Of a stretch of DNA of 37,454 nt, positions 28,887 through 37,169 are shown in pieces. The notes below the pieces were generated by a model. That model saw only the letters and a program-made list of their open reading frames with translations, ran no database searches and had not been told where the DNA came from. The position numbers and the translations under genes are program-made. The stretch spans positions 1-37,454 of the forward strand of contig JBMSQQ010000026.1 of the NCBI GenBank assembly GCA_049423385.1, in the 5' to 3' direction. Position 1 is the first letter of the stretch, and every line of letters begins with the position of its first letter. Source of the DNA: Silvanigrellaceae bacterium. Its GTDB lineage: Bacteria > Bdellovibrionota_B > Oligoflexia > Silvanigrellales > Silvanigrellaceae.

Positions 28887-29719
28887 TGATTCAGGTGGAA
28901 CAACGCCCATTGCCAACAGTTTCAAAGATTATCATTGCAGCATTGTTGTTTTTGCAATTGGCACCCATTGCAATCATCATCCAGACAGCATTCAAAACAC
29001 CACGCAGCCTCTTGGAAAGTGGTTCGCTTTCGATGCAAGGATGGACGCTTGGCAATTTTCACCGGATTTTTGTTGAACAGAGTTTGGGCGCTGATCTTCT
29101 CAATTCAGTCGTCGTGGCGATGGGAACCATGGCGCTTTCGGTTTGCTGTGGATCTCTGATGGCCTATGCACTCACCCGTTGGCAGGGTAAGAATCGCAAA
29201 CATCTGCTCACAACTCTCCTCGTTGCCCGCTTGTTGCCTCCTGTGGCTCTGGCTCTGCCACTCTTTTTGGTGTTGCGTGGCCTGAATCTGCATGATTCAC
29301 GCAGTGGTTTGATTCTTGCCCACACGGCTTTGAATTTTCCCTTGGCAACGTGGATCCTCATGCCATTCATGGACAGTGTGCCAAGGGCCTTGGAGGAGGC
29401 AGCGTCGATCGACGGCGCAGGCCGATTCAGAACATTTGCTCACATCGTGCTGCCGGTCACAAAACCTGGTCTTGTGGTCGCCTCATTGTTTTGTTTTTTG
29501 ATGAGCTGGAACGACTTCCTGTTCTCGCTGATTCTTGCGGGTTCCGAGGTCAAGACAGCCCCCCTTACGCTCAACGGTTACATCACCGGATTCGGCACTG
29601 AATGGGGCCCTTTGAGCGCAGGAGCTTGTGTTCTTCTGCTGCCCGTTTTTGCTCTGTCTTTTAAACTTCATCAACACATGATCGCTGCGCCCACGCAGGG
29701 CGGCGTTAAGGGAGCCTGA
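28886..29719 (+). CDS. Carbohydrate ABC transporter permease (MalG-type)
   Basis: AFKT, LNS, AYAL, LEEAASIDGAG, SWNDFLF. TGATG coupling to the upstream gene. Confidence 0.93.
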   Translation: MIQVEQRPLPTVSKIIIAALLFLQLAPIAIIIQTAFKTPRSLLESGSLSMQGWTLGNFHRIFVEQSLGADLLNSVVVAMGTMALSVCCGSLMAYALTRWQGKNRKHLLTTLLVARLLPPVALALPLFLVLRGLNLHDSRSGLILAHTALNFPLATWILMPFMDSVPRALEEAASIDGAGRFRTFAHIVLPVTKPGLVVASLFCFLMSWNDFLFSLILAGSEVKTAPLTLNGYITGFGTEWGPLSAGACVLLLPVFALSFKLHQHMIAAPTQGGVKGA

Positions 29720-29720
29720 C

Positions 29721-31832
29721 ATGAGAATTTCAAACGAAGCAGCTCAGGACATCAATTTCCCGCTCACACCCGAATGGCCATCGCTGACAGCGAGAGCTCG
29801 TGGTGCGGTGCGCATGACGCCAGTGACTGCCTGCGAATTGATGCCTTCACGCGAGCGCAATTCTTTCCTGAAGTTCCAACTCACGTTCAAGGATGGAACC
29901 ACCACGAATCTTCAAATCGGTGCTCTCGACACCACACCACACGCATGGATGTTGTGGATGGGCGAAGCTTCCCGCAAGCATGATCTTTTAAGCAACGTCA
30001 TGTCCAACGAAATCACCAGCGAGAAGACCGCTGCGGGTTGGTGTTTGCGCTCGGCGGCGGGGACTCTGGAAATCAATCGCCTAACCGCCGCAATCTGCAT
30101 CCGCGATGCAGCCGGAAAGCGTGCGTGGAGTTCGGTCGACAAGGATCTGTTCGTGGGTGATGTGCCGATGAGCTTTGCCGCTTTTCGGCATGCCGACGGA
30201 TTTGGAATGACTTTTGATTTTGGAGAATGCCAGCAGATCTGGGGCGGCGGTGAACAATTCGGCCCAACCAATTGGCGCGGCAAGCTCTATGACGTGATCA
30301 ATTCGGATGCGTTGGGCGTCAATGGTCACCTGCGCTACCAAAGCACGCCTTTTTTTGTGAGCGAACGCGGGCATTCATTTGCCATGCTTCAATGTGAACC
30401 GGGACGAATTGATTTCGGCTCGCGTCGACACGACATGATCACTTTCAGCAGCGATGGTCAGGTGCTCGGTCTTTACCTGGCAATGCCAGCAGATCAACCC
30501 ACCGCAATCGAAAAATGGCGTGCGTTGATGGGTGGTGTGAGCAGTGTGCCCGCATGGAGTTACGGACTTTGGCTTTCACGCTGTTTCTACAAGGATGAAG
30601 CCGAACTGCGCACCGTGATTGATGGTAACAGCAAACACAATCTGGGTGCCACGGTCATCAATCTTGATGCACGTGCGTGGATGCGTGCGCAGACTCGCAC
30701 CGACTTTGTCTGGGACACTTCGCGTTGGAGCCCTTATCAAACCTTCATTCCCTGGCTACGCGAGCAAGGATTTCATGTTTGCCTTTGGGAAAATCCGTAT
30801 GTGTCGTCGGCAACAGAAACACTTTATGCCGAAGGCGTGCGCAACGGATATTTCGCCAAAACAGCCAAAGGCGAAGTTTATCCATACCAATGGGTTCCCA
30901 CCGGACTTGAAGGTTTCCCTCAACCACCCGTGGCTGGCCTTGTTGATTTCACCAATCCGAAAGCCTGCACCTGGTGGAAAGATCAACACCGTGCACTTTT
31001 GCGCGCTGGCGTCACCTGTTTCAAAACAGACTTCGGCGAAGAAATTCCTCATGATGCTCACTTTCACGACGGCAGCACCGGCAAGCAGCTGCGCAACGTC
31101 TATTCGGATCTCTACAATCTCTGCGTGATGGAAGTCGTGCGCGAGGAATGCGGAGATGAAGGAATTCTGTGGGCACGATCGGGTTACACCAAGATGGGCA
31201 AGACTCCAGTGAAATGGGCTGGCGACAGCCAAACCTCGTGGACGGCATTGCGCGCCTCGTTGCGCGGTGGATTGTCGCAGGCCGTGGGTGGTGCTGTGTT
31301 CTGGTCGCATGACATTGGCGGCTTTTATGGTCCGTTTCCTGATGCGGAATTATACGTGCGTTGGACGCAGGTCGGACTCTGGGGCAGCCACGCCCGCATG
31401 CATGGCACGAGTGCGCGCGAACCATGGGAATTTGGCACGGCGGCAATGGACCAGGTGCGCAAAGACGTTCGCTTCAGAACGGAACTCCTGCCCTACTGGA
31501 CTGCCTGCGGCGAACAATGCACACGCAGCCAACAAAGCTTTGTTCGGCCGCTGTGGATGGCAAATCCTGCGGACGCCTTGAGCTGGACTGTCGAAGACCA
31601 GTTCTTTGCAGGCTCAAACGAAGTTGTCGTGGCACCCTATCTCAGTGCTGAAGGTGGGCGTCGTGTCTATCTACCGGCGGGGGAATGGCTTTGCCTCAAC
31701 AGCGGAACAACGTTTCCGGGACACACCCTTGAAAACATCGACCGATGGAACGAATGCCCGGTGTTTATCAGAACTGATTCAGCCTGGAAGGAATTGTTCG
31801 CGAAGGCGTGGGCGAAAGTTTACGGAAGATAA
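29721..31832 (+). CDS. Glycoside hydrolase family 31 (YicI/alpha-xylosidase-like sequence; candidate sulfoquinovosidase by context)
   Basis: WGGGEQFG, PAWSYGLWLSR, CLWENPY, VDFTNP, nucleophile FKTDFGE, acid/base WAGD, WSHDIGGF, RMHG..REPW. Confidence 0.92.
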   Translation: MRISNEAAQDINFPLTPEWPSLTARARGAVRMTPVTACELMPSRERNSFLKFQLTFKDGTTTNLQIGALDTTPHAWMLWMGEASRKHDLLSNVMSNEITSEKTAAGWCLRSAAGTLEINRLTAAICIRDAAGKRAWSSVDKDLFVGDVPMSFAAFRHADGFGMTFDFGECQQIWGGGEQFGPTNWRGKLYDVINSDALGVNGHLRYQSTPFFVSERGHSFAMLQCEPGRIDFGSRRHDMITFSSDGQVLGLYLAMPADQPTAIEKWRALMGGVSSVPAWSYGLWLSRCFYKDEAELRTVIDGNSKHNLGATVINLDARAWMRAQTRTDFVWDTSRWSPYQTFIPWLREQGFHVCLWENPYVSSATETLYAEGVRNGYFAKTAKGEVYPYQWVPTGLEGFPQPPVAGLVDFTNPKACTWWKDQHRALLRAGVTCFKTDFGEEIPHDAHFHDGSTGKQLRNVYSDLYNLCVMEVVREECGDEGILWARSGYTKMGKTPVKWAGDSQTSWTALRASLRGGLSQAVGGAVFWSHDIGGFYGPFPDAELYVRWTQVGLWGSHARMHGTSAREPWEFGTAAMDQVRKDVRFRTELLPYWTACGEQCTRSQQSFVRPLWMANPADALSWTVEDQFFAGSNEVVVAPYLSAEGGRRVYLPAGEWLCLNSGTTFPGHTLENIDRWNECPVFIRTDSAWKELFAKAWAKVYGR

Positions 31833-34222
31833 GCGCATCGGAAGCCTCGTTCGCCGGCGGTTTGAGTTGGATCTACATTGAATACCGTGGTGAACACACC
31901 AGCTGTACTACCCCATCCATACCACCCGTTACGCATGACTGCGTCACCAGAGCCAGGAACGCTTCTTTCCAATTTTCCGACATACTGGGCAGTGGTGTAA
32001 TTTCCATTTGGCGCGAATATCAGTCGATTTATTAAGTCGGGAAAATTTGTAAGGTCACTATATTCGCTGCTGGTTGCAACAACTGGATTCAACCCCAATT
32101 CCGAGAAATTGTCGCTGACCCACTGAAATATGTTACCCGAAAAATCCCAAACAACTTCGCCATTGCTGAGAAAAAGTGTTCGACGGTGCTCCCAACCCGA
32201 AGTTGGACTATTGCCTGTCCCATAATAGCCATCGGAATCATCTGCTGAGTTGTCCAACTTCGAGCTTGGAGAAGTATCGGTGTGACCACGTGCCATAAAA
32301 CCACTTCCGACCGTTCCCCCACTCCAGTTTGCAGCAACGTTTTCAACATTTCGCGCCACTGTTTGCCACTGCGTGTTTGAAATGAGCCGGTGCGTTCCGC
32401 CTGGTGCGTCCTTACACGCTTTAAATGCACTCCCAAAGGTGGCCTCGTTGGCACCACGTGTAATCATTCCCCAAGGCAAGCCTGACGATGTGCTTGTGGC
32501 ATAGGCTTTTGCATTGTTGTCTTTGGCTGGATATTTCATCACGCAAAAGTCTTTATCAACGTCAAGCCACCAATTTGCATTCCCCTTCGCTGCACTGGCA
32601 TTACCAAGACCGTCAATGCCGCTGGCCGGTACGCCGACGTAACCCACAGGACATAAAAACGCGGAACGGGTAAATGTTCTGGAAGAAATTGGTCCGGGTA
32701 CTCCTGCCACATCCGACCAGGCATCCACAGTCACCGATTGCGAAATTCCGGCGGGAAGGTGAACCTCAACAGAAAGATTGTTCGACGTGCAGGTCACAGA
32801 ACGCACAGAGCCGATGGATGACTTCGCCTGATAAGAACCAATTCCATCACACGTTCCGGTTAAAATCGCCCGAAGACCGCTGAGTGAAGTCAAAGTGAGT
32901 GCCGACGAGTTCACATTGACCAAAAATTTACTGGTCGTTGTGAGAAGTCCGTCGGAAGCTGTCATGATGACTTCGGTGCTTCCGCTTTGATTGTTTGCCG
33001 GAAAGATGGAAAGCACGCAATCAGGTGCACTGCCTCCAACGACGATTCCAGAGTTTGGTAAAAGAGTTGTGTTGCTCGACCGAATTGTGACGGAAGAGGA
33101 ACAGGAAAGGGGTGATTCTGCGTCTGTCAGAGTGAATGGCAAGTTCAGGATTGGTTTGTTTACTTCCACCGATTGCGCCGGAATGGCTGCTATATCGGGA
33201 GCGGTATTGCTGCTGAGAGGTGAAACTCGAAACACTGGCGAGAGTCTGATTTCAGTTGATGACTCAGCAACAAAGCGTGCGTAGACATCTGTTCCTTCTG
33301 TGAATGGAAAACCCGATTTTAAAATTCCGCATTGACCCACGCTGGACAGATCAAGTGGTCCACTTGCAGCGCTGCGGAAACCCAAATCCGTGCAGCCATA
33401 AAAATCGCTGACCACATTCACTCCGGCTGCCGCGCCCGGCCAGACAGGTGTTGTTTCGATCAGGCCGTCCCAATTGGACACTTCCGCCTGGGATTTTGAA
33501 AACACCAAGCGCACATCTGCCGTTTGAGGGAATGGATTTTTCCACTCGAAACGAGCAGAAGTCGCACTGCTTAGATTGTCGACGCTGGTCCACATTCCTG
33601 GCTTTTTGCCCGCAACTGCTTCAACATTCGGAAGAGATGACACTTTAATTTTTTGCTTTGTGGGCGTGATTTGAGTGATATCCGTGGAACTTAATACTCC
33701 GCCGATGTTTTCTGGAATCTGCAATCCAAGTCTTCGTTTGAAAACTGTGATCGGTGCGGTTCCATCGGGCAATTTTGCGGCTGCTTGTGCGGTTTCCTCC
33801 CCTGCCAGAGGCGGAGCACCTGCATCGGCTCGTGCTTGATTGACAGGCCTGATGAGCTCCTCAGGAAGTTCAAGATCAGACAAAACAAGCTTGCTTTGCA
33901 GAACCACCTTCAATGGAATTGATTTGGATTTGATTTCAGTCACAGGCAGCGAAAACTCACCAGCTTGATTGGTTTTGCTTTGATAGCTGGAATTCTCGAC
34001 ACTCAGCGTGGCATCGACGACAGGTGAGCCATTGTACTCCAGCAACACGCCCGTCAAGAACGATCCCAGAACTGGGGTCGGTGGAATCACATCGCCCGGA
34101 GGCGGCATTGAACCATTTGTTCCCGAAGAGCCACCAAAGACTGATGACTTTTTTTGGCAAGCAAGTCCCGAACAAGCGAACAAAACAAGAGCGAGCATCA
34201 ATCCTGAGCCCTTGGACAGCAT
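31820..34222 (-). CDS. Large lipoprotein: Ig/cadherin-like stalk plus C-terminal FGE-sulfatase-like (C-type lectin fold) domain
   Basis: Lipobox (LFAC or GLAC). Cadherin-like repeat NTAP.I..IP...TDAE...SSN..LLP...ASDG. C-terminal CPVGYVGVP, FCVMKY, LISNTQW, WDFSGNIFQWV, GFRC. Start at ATG 34222 (GAGG RBS). Confidence 0.82.
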   Translation of the reverse strand: MLSKGSGLMLALVLFACSGLACQKKSSVFGGSSGTNGSMPPPGDVIPPTPVLGSFLTGVLLEYNGSPVVDATLSVENSSYQSKTNQAGEFSLPVTEIKSKSIPLKVVLQSKLVLSDLELPEELIRPVNQARADAGAPPLAGEETAQAAAKLPDGTAPITVFKRRLGLQIPENIGGVLSSTDITQITPTKQKIKVSSLPNVEAVAGKKPGMWTSVDNLSSATSARFEWKNPFPQTADVRLVFSKSQAEVSNWDGLIETTPVWPGAAAGVNVVSDFYGCTDLGFRSAASGPLDLSSVGQCGILKSGFPFTEGTDVYARFVAESSTEIRLSPVFRVSPLSSNTAPDIAAIPAQSVEVNKPILNLPFTLTDAESPLSCSSSVTIRSSNTTLLPNSGIVVGGSAPDCVLSIFPANNQSGSTEVIMTASDGLLTTTSKFLVNVNSSALTLTSLSGLRAILTGTCDGIGSYQAKSSIGSVRSVTCTSNNLSVEVHLPAGISQSVTVDAWSDVAGVPGPISSRTFTRSAFLCPVGYVGVPASGIDGLGNASAAKGNANWWLDVDKDFCVMKYPAKDNNAKAYATSTSSGLPWGMITRGANEATFGSAFKACKDAPGGTHRLISNTQWQTVARNVENVAANWSGGTVGSGFMARGHTDTSPSSKLDNSADDSDGYYGTGNSPTSGWEHRRTLFLSNGEVVWDFSGNIFQWVSDNFSELGLNPVVATSSEYSDLTNFPDLINRLIFAPNGNYTTAQYVGKLERSVPGSGDAVMRNGWYGWGSTAGVFTTVFNVDPTQTAGERGFRCAYLP

Positions 34223-34278
34223 AACCCTCTCTTTTCCGTGATCGCTACGAAATTCCATTTCCGAACAGCCTCGCGGGT

Positions 34279-34306
34279 GAATCGGCTTTCCCAGTGACAA
34301 ACTTTA
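34279..34306 (-). promoter_or_regulatory. Sigma-28 (FliA)-type promoter
   Basis: TAAAGTTT...GCCGATTC (TAAA-N16), about 55 nt upstream of ATG 34222. Confidence 0.55.
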
Positions 34307-34380
34307 GAACCGAAATTTTTCAAAAACACATTAAAAAGCTCAGAAAGGTCGGGCAAATAGAGACTCAAAGTAAAGATAAC

Positions 34381-34428
34381 TCAAGAAAGATAAGCGCAGC
34401 GGAAACCGACGAGATCACCGGCAGAGTT
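34381..34428 (-). pseudogene. Relic 3' end of an FGE/CLec-domain paralog (NSAGDLVGFRCAYLS*)
   Basis: Translates to ...GFRCAYLS-stop versus ...GFRCAYLP-stop of the adjacent gene. 34387-34407 matches 31826-31846 at 19/21 nt, with both differences synonymous. An in-frame stop lies just upstream at 34429-34431. Confidence 0.7.
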
Positions 34429-34491
34429 TCAAGCCTCCTCCATCATTGACTCCTCGCCGCGAGTTGTAACCCAACAACCGACCCGAATTTC

Positions 34492-34519
34492 TCAAGTCAT
34501 CACTCACTTCTGCCGAGGC
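34492..34519 (+). promoter_or_regulatory. Sigma-28 (FliA)-type promoter
   Basis: TCAA-N16-GCCGAGGC, about 30 nt upstream of ATG 34549. Confidence 0.45.
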
Positions 34520-34548
34520 AACGTCGAACGTGAAGAGGGGATGGTCGG

Positions 34549-35364
34549 ATGTTCCTGAGATCGCCAATAATCGTTCCGCTGTTGCTGCTGGTGGCATGCA
34601 AACTTCGAGGCTCGTCGGGGTCGGATGTCGAAATGGCCCGTGGAAAACTCGCCACGGGTAAAGAAATCTTTATGCCCAAAGTTGTCGCGCTGACCATGCC
34701 CGTCAGCGAAGAAATGGCACGTGGGTGCAGCGGCGTTCTTGTTGGGCCAAAACATGTTGTCACAGCTGCGCACTGCGTTCATTCTGCCAAAAAAATCATC
34801 GTCGACAGGTATGAGAGAAACCTCTCATCGAGCACCCGAAATGGAGTGGCCTGGAAAGCATTTCCCGATTTCAAGAACAACCAATCTGGAATAAGCCACG
34901 TGATGTCGGCAATTGATCTGGGAATTGTTGTCGTGGATGCACCCTTCCCGCCGCCATTCATGAAGCTCAATCCCAATCGTGCCAATTCTATTCCAAATGC
35001 AATTTACATCGGTGTTGGAAAAAGCGAGGGAAACAAGTCCGACGAAAAGCTGCGTTATGCAGAGAATATCCACACAACCCGAATCGACTACCGAGGCTGG
35101 GGCTCAATTTGGCAATCAAGAGGTGTTGCAGCACTTTGCCCCGGCGATTCAGGTGGTCCTTTGATCACTTCCGCAGGCGAGTTGCTGGGCATCAACTCAA
35201 CAATCTCCGCCGCTGCTTCAGGCAAACATGGTATCTGTGGTGAGTCAAAATCTTCCACTCAGGCCGACGTCTATGCACATCTGGATTGGATCGTCTGCAC
35301 CTTCAAAGGATGGGGAGCACCCTTGCCAGGCTTTGAAAAGTTCGCCTGCAATTCAAACAAATGA
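34549..35364 (+). CDS. S1 (chymotrypsin/trypsin-family) serine protease, lipoprotein
   Basis: Lipobox LVAC, CSGVLV, VTAAHC, IDLGIV, CPGDSGGPL, LLGINS. Ala rather than Asp at position 189 argues against tryptic specificity. Confidence 0.92.
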   Translation: MFLRSPIIVPLLLLVACKLRGSSGSDVEMARGKLATGKEIFMPKVVALTMPVSEEMARGCSGVLVGPKHVVTAAHCVHSAKKIIVDRYERNLSSSTRNGVAWKAFPDFKNNQSGISHVMSAIDLGIVVVDAPFPPPFMKLNPNRANSIPNAIYIGVGKSEGNKSDEKLRYAENIHTTRIDYRGWGSIWQSRGVAALCPGDSGGPLITSAGELLGINSTISAAASGKHGICGESKSSTQADVYAHLDWIVCTFKGWGAPLPGFEKFACNSNK

Positions 35365-35386
35365 GTGCGGACAACTTTCATCACTT

Positions 35387-36337
35387 TTAAAGTCCCACCA
35401 TGGTTCGACTGACAGTATAGAGACGCTCTGCCGTCGCATCGTCATGTGCATTCGGATTGGGTGAATGCAGTGGCCATCCACCTTTCTGTGCCTTTTTCTC
35501 ACGATAGATACCCGTCTGGCTGAAGAATGCGCCGTTGTGTTTGGTAATATCTGGCGACAGCAGGGCGTGAAGGGTTGTTTGCGCGCCCTCCCAAGGCTCG
35601 ATCATGCCGCCGAGCCTGAAAAAGGGTAAGAGCACAAAGTCCTGAACCCAGGTTGGAGCCGAATGACGAATCAAATTCGTCCGCACCCAGCCAGGATGCA
35701 CGCTCACCGACAAAATCGAGTTGTCCGCGTGGAGTTTTGCCAAGTGTCTCGCGTGCAAAAGATTGGCCAATTTGGATTGAGCATAGGCTTCCCAGCCATC
35801 ATATTTTCGATTGTCATAATTCAAGTCCGAGAAATCAATCCGCCCTTCCCGACCCTGGGCCTTGTCATGATAACAGCTCGAAAGATTCACAATCCGTGCA
35901 GGTGCACTGGACTTTAAAATCGGCAACAACAATTCGGTGAGCAGGAAATGCCCCAGATGGTTTGTTCCGAACTGGGTTTCAAAGCCATCCTTTGTGCGCC
36001 CGAACGGTGTGTTCATGACCCCTGCGTTGTTGACCAAGCCGTGCAGTTGTTTGTGGGATGACGAAAACCATCCGGCGAATGCACGAACCGAAGAAAGGCT
36101 GCCGAGATCCAGTTCCGCAACGTCGATCTTGCGACCCGGATTTTCCTGATTGATTTCCGCTTTGCACTTCTCACCTTCGCCCACTCGTCGACATGCCAAG
36201 ACCACATGTGCATTCTGTTTTGCCAATTGCTCGACGGTGATCCGGCCGATTCCGGAATTTCCACCCGTGACAATGTAGGTTTTATCAGACAAATCCTGAT
36301 AAAAAAGCTCAGGAGAACAAATAAGAGGCTTTGCCAC
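35387..36337 (-). CDS. SDR oxidoreductase (retinol dehydrogenase/WWOX-like)
   Basis: IVTGGNSGIG, LDLGSL.SV, NNAGVM, DGFETQFGTNHLGHF, NLSS, YAQSK, HPGWVRT. Confidence 0.95.
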   Translation of the reverse strand: MAKPLICSPELFYQDLSDKTYIVTGGNSGIGRITVEQLAKQNAHVVLACRRVGEGEKCKAEINQENPGRKIDVAELDLGSLSSVRAFAGWFSSSHKQLHGLVNNAGVMNTPFGRTKDGFETQFGTNHLGHFLLTELLLPILKSSAPARIVNLSSCYHDKAQGREGRIDFSDLNYDNRKYDGWEAYAQSKLANLLHARHLAKLHADNSILSVSVHPGWVRTNLIRHSAPTWVQDFVLLPFFRLGGMIEPWEGAQTTLHALLSPDITKHNGAFFSQTGIYREKKAQKGGWPLHSPNPNAHDDATAERLYTVSRTMVGL

Positions 36338-36430
36338 AGTGTTGATCCTTTCAATTCTCAGAAAACAAGAGTTGTTTGATTTCCTTTTCCAACTTTCCAG
36401 TTTTGGTCGCCTCGCGACAACTCAATATAC

Positions 36431-36462
36431 AAAATGAAAAACCCCGTCTTCAAGACGGGGTT
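36431..36462 (-). terminator. Rho-independent terminator of the cytochrome c gene
   Basis: Minus strand reads AACCCCGTC-TTGAA-GACGGGGTT-TTTCATTTT. Confidence 0.85.
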
Positions 36463-36490
36463 CGTTTCAACTTCGAACTTGCGGCGCACA

Positions 36491-37126
36491 TCAAGGAAGG
36501 ACCTTGAGTGCATCCAGAAAATTCAGCATTCCACTCTTCTCCGTTGCAGTCAGCGCAGTGCCGATTGGCATTTTCCCACTCGAAACCCAAGAAGACATCT
36601 GCGAAGACCACTGCTTCACCGCAGCGAAGTCCTTGAAGTTCGAATTACGACCGACGTGGCAGGTCTGGCATCGGGAATCAATCAACGCCTTCATCCCGTT
36701 GGTGTAATCCGATTGCAACTTCACCAGTGGATCCACAGTTGGTGGTTGAGGCGTTGGAGCCGGTGGTTGAGGCGTTGGAGCCGGTGGTTGAGGCGTTGGA
36801 GCTGGTGGTTGAGGCGTTGGAGCTGGTGGTTGAGGCGTTGGAGCTGGTGGTTGAGGCTGACTTCCGCCGGATGAACAATCTTCATCATCATCGTTGTCTT
36901 CATCCTCGTCTCCAGAAGATTTTCCACCACTTTGGGATGAACCTTTGGCAGGCTTTTGGGCAGCCTTCTCTTGAGCTTTCGCTGATGCTTTTCTGCTCAA
37001 TCCCACGCCCGATTCAGTTTGACCATCTGTCAGACTGACGGCAGGATCCGAATTGTAATTCTCGGCACCACAAGCAACAGCAAGAAGAACAGAAAGGCCA
37101 GACAACAGACCAATGACAGATTTCAT
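36491..37126 (-). CDS. Lipoprotein with long low-complexity linker and C-terminal monoheme c-type cytochrome domain
   Basis: AAGGAG RBS, lipobox AVAC, CQTCH heme motif with distal GKMP. Acidic tract and (PQPPAPT)n linker. Confidence 0.8.
   Translation of the reverse strand: MKSVIGLLSGLSVLLAVACGAENYNSDPAVSLTDGQTESGVGLSRKASAKAQEKAAQKPAKGSSQSGGKSSGDEDEDNDDDEDCSSGGSQPQPPAPTPQPPAPTPQPPAPTPQPPAPTPQPPAPTPQPPTVDPLVKLQSDYTNGMKALIDSRCQTCHVGRNSNFKDFAAVKQWSSQMSSWVSSGKMPIGTALTATEKSGMLNFLDALKVLP
36741..36857. repeat. 21-bp coding tandem repeat, about 5.6 copies (PQPPAPT)
   Basis: GGTGGTTGAGGCGTTGGAGC(C/T) x5 plus a 12-nt partial copy. Confidence 0.97.
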
Positions 37127-37169
37127 CCGGAATCTCCTTGAAAGTCGGGAACCACTTCCCACATGATTC

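Noticed and set aside
34223..34380. c-di-GMP riboswitch upstream of the FGE lipoprotein
   Set aside because: GGGCAAA occurs only on the opposite strand and the rest of the consensus is absent. A FliA-type promoter explains the region better.
31820..34440. Diversity-generating retroelement with 34381-34428 as template repeat
   Set aside because: No reverse transcriptase in the window. The match is only about 21 nt, and the differences are synonymous and not at template adenines.
36741..36857. CRISPR array
   Set aside because: Head-to-tail 21-bp repeats with no spacers, in frame in a Pro-rich linker, and no cas genes.
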